15,138 nucleotides of DNA from a virus (taxonomy: Duplodnaviria; Heunggongvirae; Uroviricota; Caudoviricetes), in IMG/VR virus record IMGVR_UViG_3300010259_000015, positions 1 through 15,138 of that record, one strand, 5' to 3'. The notes under the pieces were generated by a model, which made no database searches, was not told the origin of the DNA, and saw only the letters and a program-made list of their open reading frames with translations. The translations under genes and the position numbers were made by a program. Shown here in pieces: positions 15,137-15,138 of the stretch (its first letter is position 1; the number at the start of each line of letters is the position of its first letter).

Positions 15137-15138
15137 GA

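Noticed and set aside
14903-15138. Integrase gene or tRNA gene at the prophage end
   Set aside because: The att core is followed by cyaR and its CRP-dependent promoter rather than by an int reading frame, so this is the ogr-proximal (right) junction; the integrase would lie at the other prophage end, outside the window. The integration target is an sRNA 3' end, not a tRNA.

Overview
This window is the late (tail and lysis-end) region and right junction of a P2-like temperate myovirus prophage, apparently integrated in an Escherichia-type chromosome at the 3' end of the sRNA gene cyaR. The backbone is a gap-free, collinear P2 gene order on the + strand: the 3' ends of the lysB/lysC spanin pair, then R, S, V, W, J, I, H, G, FI, FII, E/E' (programmed -1 frameshift), T, U, D and ogr, followed by a terminator, the 27-bp att core and cyaR on the opposite strand. 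Gene sizes match P2 as I recall them; no database search was possible. Two AT-rich cargo islands interrupt the GC-rich backbone at the known variable positions. One (1066..1851, minus strand, between S and V) encodes a 261-aa three-helix membrane protein with a strong ribosome-binding site. The other (6890..8073, between G and FI, the Z/fun position) encodes a ~206-aa protein whose His/Cys motifs and spacing closely resemble the caspase (clan CD peptidase) catalytic dyad. That second gene is the strongest candidate for an undescribed accessory or anti-phage function; both cargo calls are hypotheses from sequence alone. Other points of interest are a 132-bp in-frame tandem repeat expansion and mosaic distal domain in tail fibre H, and dyad elements upstream of V and FI that look like Ogr-dependent late promoters.
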